From NCBI GenBank assembly GCA_964566145.1, contig CAZMHN010000001.1, forward strand, positions 16,945 to 80,944: a stretch of 64,000 nt of DNA, written 5' to 3'. Origin of the DNA: an uncultured Gammaproteobacteria bacterium (GTDB taxonomy: Bacteria > Patescibacteriota > Patescibacteriia > Veblenbacterales > UBA10138). Every line of letters begins with the position of its first letter. The first letter of the stretch is position 1. The notes under the pieces were generated by a model. The model was not told the origin of the DNA and ran no database searches. It worked only from the letters and a program-made list of their open reading frames with translations. The translations under genes were made by a program, and so were the position numbers. This document shows positions 48,301 to 56,788 of the stretch, in pieces.

Positions 48301-51300
48301 TCAGACGGGCCTGCTCGCTTTGGCAGGAAAGCCACTCGCCGCAAGTGCGGTCGCGGCGCACCTTGAGAACCACGTTGGAATCCGCATCGCCCGAGGCCTG
48401 CCCTACGCAAGTATCGACGCAGTCGGCATTGCCGGTGCAGGTCTGTCCCGGGATGTTACTGCAGGCCCTGCCTGTGGTAACCACCTGGTTGCAAGTGGGA
48501 GCCGAAGGCACGCACTCCAAAGACTGAGCCGAAGGCGTAGTGCAGGTCTGCAGCGGGTTATTGGAACAGCGGTTCACGTTGGTGTCCTCACACACAGGCT
48601 GGGGGGCCGTCCCGGAGTAGCAAATGTAAGGCACTGTTCCGCCGCACCGCGCCGTGTCTATTTGACAAGAGCACTGCGGGTACCTCCTGCAGTCAGCCTC
48701 GGTCGCAAAACACTGCGGTATGGACATTTGGAACGTGGGCAGGGACGACTTCGCCAGCGTATTGCAATCGCTGTTCGTTGTGCACATCTGCGTCGCGTCG
48801 TTGCTGCATACTCCGCGGTTAGCCAGGCACGACGGAGCGTTATTAACGCAGTCTATGGCAGTAGCGCACGTCCTGGCCCTGTCGTTGGAACAATAACCCT
48901 GAGTGGCGCTTCCCGTACTCTGGCATATGCCGCCGCAGTCAGCGTCGGCCTGACAGCTGGTCGCCGTGTTCCGACTGCATGTCCCTAAGGTGCCGGAGCC
49001 GGACGATACCGGGCTTACCAGCTGGTTGTTTTGATTGCGGCTGGCCGTGTAGGTCAAGCCGCTGCTCCAAATTGGGGCGGAACTCTTGGACAGATCATTA
49101 AACAGCACGCAACCTTCTTTCTCGCTCACCCTGCCGCTGCACGTGGTGGCGTCTATCCGTTCGTCATTCAGATAGTAATAGGTCTTCTTGGTCAGCCCGC
49201 CGTCGTAGAACGCAGTGCAACCGGCCTGGTCCGAAGGGCAAAGGTAGGCGTAGTCAATTGTTGACTGTTGCAGCGCCTCGTAATCGGTAAGCGTGCCCGG
49301 CAACTCCAGAATGCGCACGTCGTCCATGAGTATCTCCTGATTGGCCACGCAGGGTACGGCGGTACAACTTGGACGGTTATTGGTGACTAGCCCGACAGAC
49401 AATGAATCCACCCCCGGCTCGTCAACGCGTATGACGTAGCTCAGCGTTACCCATTGATCGCGCAAGGGATTGCGGGTCAGGGCCTTCACGCCCCCCACGA
49501 ACGTGTAGTGGTGACACGTACCGCCGGAACACGCACCGTTGACATACGCATGGTTCTCCACTGACCAAGGGTCTTCGGCTTCCGCATCAGCAGGCACCCA
49601 GACGCGCGCCGATATGGCGAAGAATCTGCGGCTATTCTCGCTCGAAGGCAAGGGTATATTGCTGGACCAGATACCCGAGTACTGCACATCCGCACTGCGG
49701 ACGCGCACTACAGTGCCTCCCCAATACCGGCCGTTCAACGAGTGCTCTGCGAACAGCTCCCCCACGTTGCTGTTTCTGGACCAGCTCGCGAATGAGTCGG
49801 GTTCACCGTCGCTCAGGCCCCCATCGTAGTTCTCGAAACTCGGGTTAGCCACCAAATTGCACGGCACGTCCGTGCCCTTCTTATACCAATCGTACCCGCG
49901 CTGTGTGTCGACTATCTTATATTCGCACAAGCGCTCCTTTGGGTCCTTGAAGTAATGGCTGGCTCCGGATGTGTCAGTGTACTCTTCGCACCCGTCCTGG
50001 CTCACGTCGCACAGCGGGCTTACTGGATTTGCAGCGTCGAACGTGTCGGGGTCAAGACGCATGAACACGTCGCTCCACTGAGTTATGTCGCCGCTTGCGT
50101 CCATGGTCGGATCGCCCACGCGGCGGCACCCGGCGTAACCCGCACTGCATATTTTTTTGCTGTCATACACGCGGTAAGCCACTTGGTCGGCCGGTACGCT
50201 CACGGATTGCCCTCCCACAGTGAATGTTTGTTCGCGCGGCGAGGAAGAATTCTGGGTGTTCACCAGCGCCTCACAGCCCGCGACTTCGTTGCGGCATATG
50301 CGCGAGAACCCCGTAAGCGCGACTTGCTGATTGCTCCTGGTACGGTAAGCACTGCACCGCAGGTGCAGGTTGGCATCGCAAGCCGACGGCATGTTCCATG
50401 AATTCTTACGCACGAAGAAGCTGTCCTGCACTTCGCGGAATTGTATGTTATCTATGTAGAACGGATCACCGTCGGAAGACCTGATCTCGAGCACCGCGTT
50501 CCCGGCGCTGGCCGAAACCTCGATTGGCCCAAGCGAGAAGAGCTGCCACTCGGTATAGTCCACCGGCACCTGAGCAAAGGCCCCTACTATGTTACCGTTG
50601 GAGGTTTGGAGCTCGGCGCCGACGTAGCCCGGCCCTGAATTGCGCCGTATCCAGAAAGTCAGCGTGTACTGCCTGCCCTGCTCCACCAGGCTTACGGGAT
50701 GGGTCATGGTGCCGTTGTAAGCGTCGTATGAGTGCCCGAACGCCGTGGTTGATTCGTTGGAGTTGGATCCCCCGGTCCATCCGGATGTCGGGCTGGAATC
50801 AGCGTTCACTCCCGCCTCCCTGTCGCCGAATGTTGACACCGGGAACACAAACCGCACATTGGAAGCGGTAGGACCCCTGAATTCGCGGCAACCTACAAAT
50901 TGCGCCGCGCACACCTTGCCTTGGGAAGGGATGGCGCGGTAGAAACAGAAATTGCCTTCCACGCTGCCGCCTGACGACGTACAGTCATTGGCCTCGAAGT
51001 TAACGCCTACCGTACCGGTACGGCGGTAACGGTTGCACTGCTCGGAGGCTGAGCGTGTTTTGGTGAAGAACCGGTAATGAGGATTCCCGTTCTGATCGTA
51101 GAACTCCTTGCAGTCCGGGTCCGAGGTCGGGTACGCTCCGCCCACTCGGCAGTCGCCGGAACCGTCCGTAGTGACCGGAGGCTGGCTCGCCCCTCCCTCG
51201 AGCTGCCAGGTTTTTAGCTGATACCCGGTAAGGTCGCTTCCCACCCAGGTATAGTAAGTGGCATCGCTCTCGCCGGGGCGTACGCACTGCCGGAGCTCTG

Positions 51301-53791
51301 AATAGTACTCCCGGCGCTCGTTCTGCTCCACATTCGTGAACTCCTCGCAACCGACGTATTGGGCCGAACACTGCAAGGCGGTCGAGGGGATGAAACGGTG
51401 AGTTGGCGGGGTAGGCGCGGGCTCGAAAAAGCTGGGTTGTTGCCCGTACTCATTCAGGCCGACGCATGCTTGCGGACAGATATTGTCAGTGGTGGCAATG
51501 CCAGGCACGGCCGGCGAGCCGTCGGCCGGAGTGTAGAGTTCGCACCCGACCTCGTCGGCGGAACAGGACAAGGCGTAGCTCTTGCACTCGGGTGCGTCGT
51601 TCGACGGATCGATATCATAGCAATTCAGATAGGCCGGCGCCTCCTTCATGGTGACGGACTGCACCTGCGCGTATTGCTCGTAGGTATTGGTGGAGCCTGA
51701 AGCGGCGACATTGCTCACGGCCGCGGCTACGAGCTGGGCCTGGGTGCCGTTGGGCACACCCAACGCATTGCCGTCGACGCTGGACAGGCGCAGAAACTCG
51801 GTACAGCCCTCTTCCTTGCTAGTACAGCGATAACGCTCCGCCTCCTTGAGGTACAGCTTGGGGGCCGTAGCCGCGGTCGGCGTGAAATTCACAGTGTTCA
51901 CGTCCGACGGTATGCCTGATATGCGGTACCGGTCAGCCCCGGAACTGGATGAACTGTTAAGCGAAGCCGAATACCACTTGCACCCCACAGCCGAACTGCA
52001 CAATCCGTCATCGAAGTTCATGAGCGAACTTCGGAGATACGAAGCTGTCTTTCCGCTTCGGTTCGTAAATGTCTGGCAAGTGCTGTACGGACTGTACCCG
52101 GAACCCTGGGGGAATTCACAGCTTTGTCCTGCGAACCGCCAAGTGTTCTTCTCTTCCGTACAGTAGCCCCAAGCCAAGCACGAACCGTCCGGACGCTCGG
52201 CTATGCACTGCTGCGCGTCCACGCAGGTTTGTGCGCGGTTCGGGCTCTCGGATTCAAGCAGCTGACCGTAGCCTAAAATGCGGCACTGCTGGGCCGGGGC
52301 TTTCAGCACCCAATTCGGATCTATAAGCCCGCAGAAATTATACCCATCAGGACCCACCACGTCGTCGGATGTACCGCATCGCTGATCCGGACCGGTGCTG
52401 TTGAAACCGTCGCTGTAGCCGGGCTTGGTGCCAATGACTTTCTGAAGAGTTACGTTGGTGCCGGAAAAAGCCTGGGCCGCCAGTTCCCACCCCAAGGACA
52501 CAATGCGAGCCTTTCTGAGCTTCTTGATATCTGACAGATACCAGTACTTGGACGGCGCGCGCGAATCATCGCTGGTGCGCACCAGCGCAAAACGCAACTC
52601 GCCGTTTATGAAGCCTCCGTCGATTGCTTCCTGTAGGGTCATGGGCTGGCCCTCGTCAGCCTTCCGCAAAGCTGCGGCAAAACGTTCCGTAACGGTGCAG
52701 TTATTCACCGAAGCGTACCTGACATCCTGAGGACAGGTCGAATACTCGCTTATCACATCCATATCCTGACCGCCGACGATCTGTGGACTGGCTATGAGGG
52801 TATTCACCTGCACCGCATAATCCACCCCCGCTTTTTGTCCGGGCTGAGTCAGACCGAATTGCCTGGATTCAAGACGGCTTGGATTCGGGATGTCGCCCTG
52901 GAGCAGACGCTTCATAAGCCTGGCCGCCAAAGTATTGGTGAATACGCCAAGCGCGTCCGCCAATATGTCTCCGGTATAGGTGCTGAAATCCTGGGCCGCT
53001 ACTTCCTGGGATGTCTCGGCTTGGTTGCGGACGCGCGAAGCCGGAGTTTTGATAAAACCGGTAATGTCCTCGGTTATATCCTTGAATCCTTGGTTGAATC
53101 CCTGTTCCAGCACAGCCATCTGCTGTTTGGTGGCGGCGTCCTGAATAAGGGTCTGCTGTAAGTGCAGGGCCACGCCCAGCTCGTTCTGTTTGGGGTCGAA
53201 TACGACCCCTACCCGGTCCAGGAACTGCTCGGGGTTTTGCCGATAGCGGTCTATATTCCTTTCAATGTCAGACAGAGTGCACCGCGGGCGCCTAGGCTGG
53301 ATTTCCTGGAACAGCGCCGAATTAACCACTAAACGGAAATCGAATCCGACCGGCTTGCACAATCCCAGCCGTATGAAACCGTTGCTGGTATCCAGGGTAT
53401 CCAAAAAATCCCCGGCGGCGTCGTCGTACGCTCGGGTGGCCGATTCGCCCAAAGAGCGCCAGGATAGAAGCGGGGTCTGTCCCCTGCCGCCCGACGCCAA
53501 CATGACAGCTGTGTCATAAGCCATGCGCTGGGTGAAAGTACGCAAGGCATTCTTGAACGCCAGAGCGGCGCCGTGATCCATAGCCCAACGCAACCCGTCT
53601 TGCGCTTTCTCCCAAATGAACGTGGCCAGCTGGTTCACTTCAAAGCTGATATCTCCCACGCCAAATATAGCCTGGGCCGGCTGTGGCCTAAGCAGAACAG
53701 TCCCCGTGGTGGTGACTACGACCAAAATACCGCACAGCGCCAAAAGTACGCGCTGAGTGAGTGAGGCTGTGGCTTTATGCCGCTTACGCAT
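45311..53791 (-). CDS. Giant (2826 aa) exported Cys-rich protein with two CBM-like domains, Cys microdomain repeats and a PKD-like C-terminus
   Basis: Uninterrupted 8.5 kb ORF; signal peptide ending PAQA; NLVANPSFEN...MDDVRI and YTLTFW...FYIDNIQF beta-sandwich signatures; repeated C-x6-7-C-x5-C; VDWDDGS near the end. Confidence 0.85.
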   Translation of the reverse strand: MRKRHKATASLTQRVLLALCGILVVVTTTGTVLLRPQPAQAIFGVGDISFEVNQLATFIWEKAQDGLRWAMDHGAALAFKNALRTFTQRMAYDTAVMLASGGRGQTPLLSWRSLGESATRAYDDAAGDFLDTLDTSNGFIRLGLCKPVGFDFRLVVNSALFQEIQPRRPRCTLSDIERNIDRYRQNPEQFLDRVGVVFDPKQNELGVALHLQQTLIQDAATKQQMAVLEQGFNQGFKDITEDITGFIKTPASRVRNQAETSQEVAAQDFSTYTGDILADALGVFTNTLAARLMKRLLQGDIPNPSRLESRQFGLTQPGQKAGVDYAVQVNTLIASPQIVGGQDMDVISEYSTCPQDVRYASVNNCTVTERFAAALRKADEGQPMTLQEAIDGGFINGELRFALVRTSDDSRAPSKYWYLSDIKKLRKARIVSLGWELAAQAFSGTNVTLQKVIGTKPGYSDGFNSTGPDQRCGTSDDVVGPDGYNFCGLIDPNWVLKAPAQQCRILGYGQLLESESPNRAQTCVDAQQCIAERPDGSCLAWGYCTEEKNTWRFAGQSCEFPQGSGYSPYSTCQTFTNRSGKTASYLRSSLMNFDDGLCSSAVGCKWYSASLNSSSSSGADRYRISGIPSDVNTVNFTPTAATAPKLYLKEAERYRCTSKEEGCTEFLRLSSVDGNALGVPNGTQAQLVAAAVSNVAASGSTNTYEQYAQVQSVTMKEAPAYLNCYDIDPSNDAPECKSYALSCSADEVGCELYTPADGSPAVPGIATTDNICPQACVGLNEYGQQPSFFEPAPTPPTHRFIPSTALQCSAQYVGCEEFTNVEQNERREYYSELRQCVRPGESDATYYTWVGSDLTGYQLKTWQLEGGASQPPVTTDGSGDCRVGGAYPTSDPDCKEFYDQNGNPHYRFFTKTRSASEQCNRYRRTGTVGVNFEANDCTSSGGSVEGNFCFYRAIPSQGKVCAAQFVGCREFRGPTASNVRFVFPVSTFGDREAGVNADSSPTSGWTGGSNSNESTTAFGHSYDAYNGTMTHPVSLVEQGRQYTLTFWIRRNSGPGYVGAELQTSNGNIVGAFAQVPVDYTEWQLFSLGPIEVSASAGNAVLEIRSSDGDPFYIDNIQFREVQDSFFVRKNSWNMPSACDANLHLRCSAYRTRSNQQVALTGFSRICRNEVAGCEALVNTQNSSSPREQTFTVGGQSVSVPADQVAYRVYDSKKICSAGYAGCRRVGDPTMDASGDITQWSDVFMRLDPDTFDAANPVSPLCDVSQDGCEEYTDTSGASHYFKDPKERLCEYKIVDTQRGYDWYKKGTDVPCNLVANPSFENYDGGLSDGEPDSFASWSRNSNVGELFAEHSLNGRYWGGTVVRVRSADVQYSGIWSSNIPLPSSENSRRFFAISARVWVPADAEAEDPWSVENHAYVNGACSGGTCHHYTFVGGVKALTRNPLRDQWVTLSYVIRVDEPGVDSLSVGLVTNNRPSCTAVPCVANQEILMDDVRILELPGTLTDYEALQQSTIDYAYLCPSDQAGCTAFYDGGLTKKTYYYLNDERIDATTCSGRVSEKEGCVLFNDLSKSSAPIWSSGLTYTASRNQNNQLVSPVSSGSGTLGTCSRNTATSCQADADCGGICQSTGSATQGYCSNDRARTCATAIDCVNNAPSCLANRGVCSNDATQMCTTNSDCNTLAKSSLPTFQMSIPQCFATEADCRRYPQCSCQIDTARCGGTVPYICYSGTAPQPVCEDTNVNRCSNNPLQTCTTPSAQSLECVPSAPTCNQVVTTGRACSNIPGQTCTGNADCVDTCVGQASGDADSNVVLKVRRDRTCGEWLSCQSEQARLNPQSNTFDSICYSLGACNSLAGTGTGSSARCGNWLSGSWQPNDSTPQVHSLAWYQRQPRNWDDPEYSGYSMANVYPLDALTQKNYSTDQQGPDYKVTYQDRTGGLYCNGLAVAGRECSTLGSRCSDGTYCEYRDRGINGEGPGEFLDNVAPRQCRIYPQADAPFPAAIASEWKSPCQGGVCPNPGDDYYIELPERLASGFSQANVCQPGEVCECSYQRVAYSGGEQVFYSISSSQVDEMVAVDEGIDGAPLMSRIKRRDIAYGQSGYCVEKDTSRVINAGSATDYACLTWYPTDAVGGEISVYDYSPEAGYQGGSTYYCSEAKGNRKGGTSAYLVGAHNGQLCPSGRWGVVGGDNWYCAGEGFTIAGAVNTCALFNVPAETSEQGIVLSDVESIDVHMVGYYGSGLGGGQYINGNFQLDEDSSWCGGGSSGTPSVTAACNSLSGDALQAPAGPSSCIGGPDDYAVIKAVFNAATKAFLGYNVMVGDGSGDSGGATMTTGIRLREYCTETVQTSTNVSDKAWTDRVLRRTDYNVPPSTLNFWNYRPDAFYGKLPLSGTPTGQLMYVTDSNQQVSIGGRQVLKISTPYSCSGNCGTVAASNAGTCSNSIGRSCVDDAECTIQLGGSCNVGGASCQADSDCPANTCEGEDPGNGVWGQCTAGGAPCEINSDCATPAYTSCTVAPPSTGTCVPPTGTGNAGMCIAGRADRLYQNCDNSSYCSDTYNSGICMGYFSGICNGGARDGESCLNNSSCSGGGTCENLTGMNSNTGTAGRESLNEIFAKEFNRYRYQDNRWDRLMTDSDVSGSALGSLAPGVPAAPEIKPVLFDNLGRPTGEGGGAGFTIVSGGRAYAPGSNLTIDSGDGVSVAFYAYNPNGEQMPLNRVLVDWDDGSPLSGSQGKFKNRKHDCKEPEEAGYNWGDDPRACIEDTSAVTGYFNFTKVYVCPSGETCTFAPKVLVQDNWEWCRGGAGGMWKNDCELSNIGAWLPFGGTITIDNTGS

Positions 53792-53812
53792 GGGTTGTCT
53801 TTTTGTGGTGGC

Positions 53813-54553
53813 TCAAAGGCCGAGCGACTGCAAGACTATGCTCTTCAAAGTGGTATCATCGAACTTTGAAACGACTTCGCTGTCGGCACCGCCCTGAATG
53901 AGGAACTGCCTGAGTTCCTGCCCGGTCATGTTCCCAATGAGTTCTTTCTGCTCGGGTGTAAGCGTGCTCGAATTTGAATCGGTAGTTTCGTTGCCGCCAG
54001 CATCCGTGCCTGCGGACTGCTCCTCGAACGTCACCTCCTGGTACAACTGTAACAGGCTGGCGTCGTCGTACTGGGACAGCTGTTCGTCCGTAGCCCCCTG
54101 CTGCCGCAACAGCGCCCGGATTTCGTCTGCGGTCGGCGCGACCGCTCCTTCCTGCTCAATTATGCTCCCCCCTTCCACCGGAGCCTGGCGCAGACACTCC
54201 TGGCCTTTCGGACACAAGGGGTCATTGCCGCTTTCCACCTCGACTCCGTCCTCATACCCGTCCGAATCCGTATCTTTCAGGTATGCGCTGGTACGGTACA
54301 GGTACTGCTCGTCATAATCGCTCAAACCGTCGCCGTCACTGTCCCTGGCCTGGAGTTCGGCCGCCTCCGCTTCAGCGGGGTCTTCGGCTTCCGTTTCCGT
54401 ATCCGCCGGCTTAGGCAGGGCCAGGGTTAGGTTCAGCGATGTCCGTATCTGCCATGCGCCTATGACAAGCGCGGCTATGGCAACCATGCCGAGAGCGAGC
54501 CGTGCCTGCTCTGGCTTGCTGATAAAGGCTTGAAACTTAGAAAGCACGGCCAT
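53813..54553 (-). CDS. Membrane-anchored protein with thrombospondin type 3-like Ca-binding repeats
   Basis: N-terminal TM; DSDGDGLSDYDE...DTDSDGYEDGVE...NDPLCP; two similar helical repeats (EIRALLRQQGA / ELRQFLIQGGA). Confidence 0.8.
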   Translation of the reverse strand: MAVLSKFQAFISKPEQARLALGMVAIAALVIGAWQIRTSLNLTLALPKPADTETEAEDPAEAEAAELQARDSDGDGLSDYDEQYLYRTSAYLKDTDSDGYEDGVEVESGNDPLCPKGQECLRQAPVEGGSIIEQEGAVAPTADEIRALLRQQGATDEQLSQYDDASLLQLYQEVTFEEQSAGTDAGGNETTDSNSSTLTPEQKELIGNMTGQELRQFLIQGGADSEVVSKFDDTTLKSIVLQSLGL

Positions 54554-54622
54554 GGTGCGAGCCCGCCTGATGACGGACTGATAGCCAATGTTAAGGGCGA
54601 ATTCGCTGTAAAAATCTTTTCA

Positions 54623-54651
54623 ATTATATCAAGAAACCATCCAAAAGTCAA
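54623..54651 (-). promoter_or_regulatory. Sigma70 promoter of the TSP3 plus giant-protein operon
   Basis: TTGACT-N17-TATAAT with extended TG, on the minus strand. Confidence 0.8.
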
Positions 54652-55565
54652 AGTGAATTCTTATCAGGTTCGCTCAGTATCCCTAAACGGCCGGCTACGG
54701 CGGCCAGAGTGCGCCATTCGCCGACCGAAAGCTCCTGCGCCCGGGCCGTAGGGCCCAAGCCGGCTTCGCGCAACAGGCGCGAAATGTCGTCCCGGCGGCC
54801 TTGGAACGCCGAAGCCAGGTTGTTGGCCAGAAGCTTCCGGCGCGAAGCAAAGCCGACGCGCGCCAGGCGCCAGATGTTGCCCTCGAACGCCGGCGACGGA
54901 ATCAAGCCGGCGATCTCCGCGGCAGTCTTCACGTTCAGGCGCACCAGCGCCGAAGTGACTTTAGGGGCGGGCCAGAATGCGCCCGGCGGAACCAGCCGCA
55001 CCACCTCAACGTCAGCATACAATTGGACCATGAGCCACAGCAGGCTCCCTTGCCCTGGCTTGGCCGAAATCCGTTCGGCCACCTCTTTCTGCAACAGCAC
55101 GGTCAGGCGGGCGGGTTTCATGGGGCCGGACACGAACCGCTTCAGGAACGCGCCTGATATCTCATACGGCAGGTTGGCCGCAATTACAAACTCTTCGCGC
55201 GGCCCGAGCTCTAGTACGCGCCGCAGCTCGCCGTCAGACAGGCGCAAAATGTCGCCTTCTACCACAGCCAGCCTCCCGTCAATGTCCAGCTTGCGCAAGC
55301 CTGCGGCCAGGCGCGGGTCCAGTTCGACCGTCACCACCTTTTTGGCGCGCTCCAACAGCGCCAAAGTCAGTACGCCCAAGCCTCCCCCGACCTCGAGTAC
55401 GGTGGCGCTTGGCGTGAGGCCGGCCGCCCCGGCTACCGCTTCCACCACCGAACGGTCAATCAAAAAATGCTGTCCCAGGCGTTCCCCGGCGCGTATCCCG
55501 TACCTTGCCACCAGCGCCTTAGTCCAAGCCCGCAGGTCGCGGGGAATGTTCGAGTCGTGATTCAT
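54648..55565 (-). CDS. rsmA: 16S rRNA dimethyladenosine transferase
   Basis: LGQHFLID, VLEVGGGLGVLT, ANLPYEIS, QKEVAERI, FWPAPKVTS; start placed at MNHD (55565). Confidence 0.96.
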   Translation of the reverse strand: MNHDSNIPRDLRAWTKALVARYGIRAGERLGQHFLIDRSVVEAVAGAAGLTPSATVLEVGGGLGVLTLALLERAKKVVTVELDPRLAAGLRKLDIDGRLAVVEGDILRLSDGELRRVLELGPREEFVIAANLPYEISGAFLKRFVSGPMKPARLTVLLQKEVAERISAKPGQGSLLWLMVQLYADVEVVRLVPPGAFWPAPKVTSALVRLNVKTAAEIAGLIPSPAFEGNIWRLARVGFASRRKLLANNLASAFQGRRDDISRLLREAGLGPTARAQELSVGEWRTLAAVAGRLGILSEPDKNSL

Positions 55566-55603
55566 GAGCGTTACTTCCCGGTTCGCCGGACCCACGGCGC
55601 GCC

Positions 55604-56782
55604 TCACACTAACACGTACAACAGCGTCATGAGCGCGGCGACAACCCACGCCGTGTTCCATGTGGCGGCCAAGGTCATGCTCCCTATTACGGTGAATACG
55701 GCCAACAGCACGGCGATGGCCACTATCTTGCCGACGACCAAACTCATTTCAAAGGCAACGACTGTATCCATGACTGAGCGCGCCTTAGCCCGTTCGTATG
55801 TGATGGCCGTCAGGGGAACAGCCACGATGTTTTTGGTCAGCCTGGACCAAGAGTCGAGCAGGAAGACTCCCACCGGATTCTGGACGAAGATGCGCATGAG
55901 CCATCCGAACGCGTAAAGCAGGGTGGAAAACTTCAAAACCGAATGTTTATTATGCTCGTCCGTGAGCTTACCGATGTACAAGGTGGCCAACGCCGTAATA
56001 AGCGTGGCTCCGGCGGCTACGGCGCCGATCTCGACGTAGGCCGTAACCACCGTGGAAATGAAAATAGGCCATAGCACGAGCACGACGAGCTCCTCGCCGA
56101 ACCCCATGTACCCCAAAAGCGCGCGGCGATTATCCGGATCCAAAAGCCTGCGGTACGTGTCCGCATAGGGGAACTCGCGCGGCGTGAACTGTTCGGCCGT
56201 GCGCATAAGCGGCCAGTTGGACAGCAGGATGATAACGCAGCCAAATCCGAACAGAAGCGCCCACGACCCTGTCAGGGTCAGAATGGCTCCCGCCAGCAAC
56301 GGTCCGGCCACGTACACGAGCGACAGGCCTACCGTCATGCCGCTTACCTCCTTGCCTTCCTCAGTGGGATCGGAGTACCTGGCGAAGTCGGCGTGGTAAG
56401 CAGGCCAGTACAATGCTTTCTGCGCGGCATAGAGGCCCGCCGCCGGCACGGCCCAGCGCCAGTCGTAAGCTATGAGGTACAGCGCCGCGTAGTAAGCCAC
56501 CTGCGCAAACGTGGATACGAGCATGGAATGTTCGTATCCGAACCGGGTGGCGAATTTCGCACCCAAAGGCATGACAAAAAGATACGCCACATACACGCCC
56601 AGGAAGAACCACAAGATCACAGCGACAGAAAACCCCTGGCGCCAAAGGTAGATGGGCTCGAACAGGAGCAGCATGGCCAGCGCCAGGTTCTGCAGCAACG
56701 CGGAGGCGTACAGTTCCTTGACCTGGGAAGCCAGGTGGTGCGGCAGTACGCCGCCCAAAGAGTAGAAGAATTTGCCGTTCAT
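55604..56782 (-). CDS. MFS transporter
   Basis: 392 aa with about 12 hydrophobic segments; GAKFATRFG and GKLTDEHN loop motifs. Confidence 0.85.
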   Translation of the reverse strand: MNGKFFYSLGGVLPHHLASQVKELYASALLQNLALAMLLLFEPIYLWRQGFSVAVILWFFLGVYVAYLFVMPLGAKFATRFGYEHSMLVSTFAQVAYYAALYLIAYDWRWAVPAAGLYAAQKALYWPAYHADFARYSDPTEEGKEVSGMTVGLSLVYVAGPLLAGAILTLTGSWALLFGFGCVIILLSNWPLMRTAEQFTPREFPYADTYRRLLDPDNRRALLGYMGFGEELVVLVLWPIFISTVVTAYVEIGAVAAGATLITALATLYIGKLTDEHNKHSVLKFSTLLYAFGWLMRIFVQNPVGVFLLDSWSRLTKNIVAVPLTAITYERAKARSVMDTVVAFEMSLVVGKIVAIAVLLAVFTVIGSMTLAATWNTAWVVAALMTLLYVLV

Positions 56783-56788
56783 ATGCGT

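Noticed and set aside
30402-54553. Interpreting the locus as an ICE, conjugative plasmid or prophage
   Set aside because: No integrase, relaxase, coupling protein, att repeats or phage structural genes were recognised, and both flanks are core genes. Partners could still lie outside the window.
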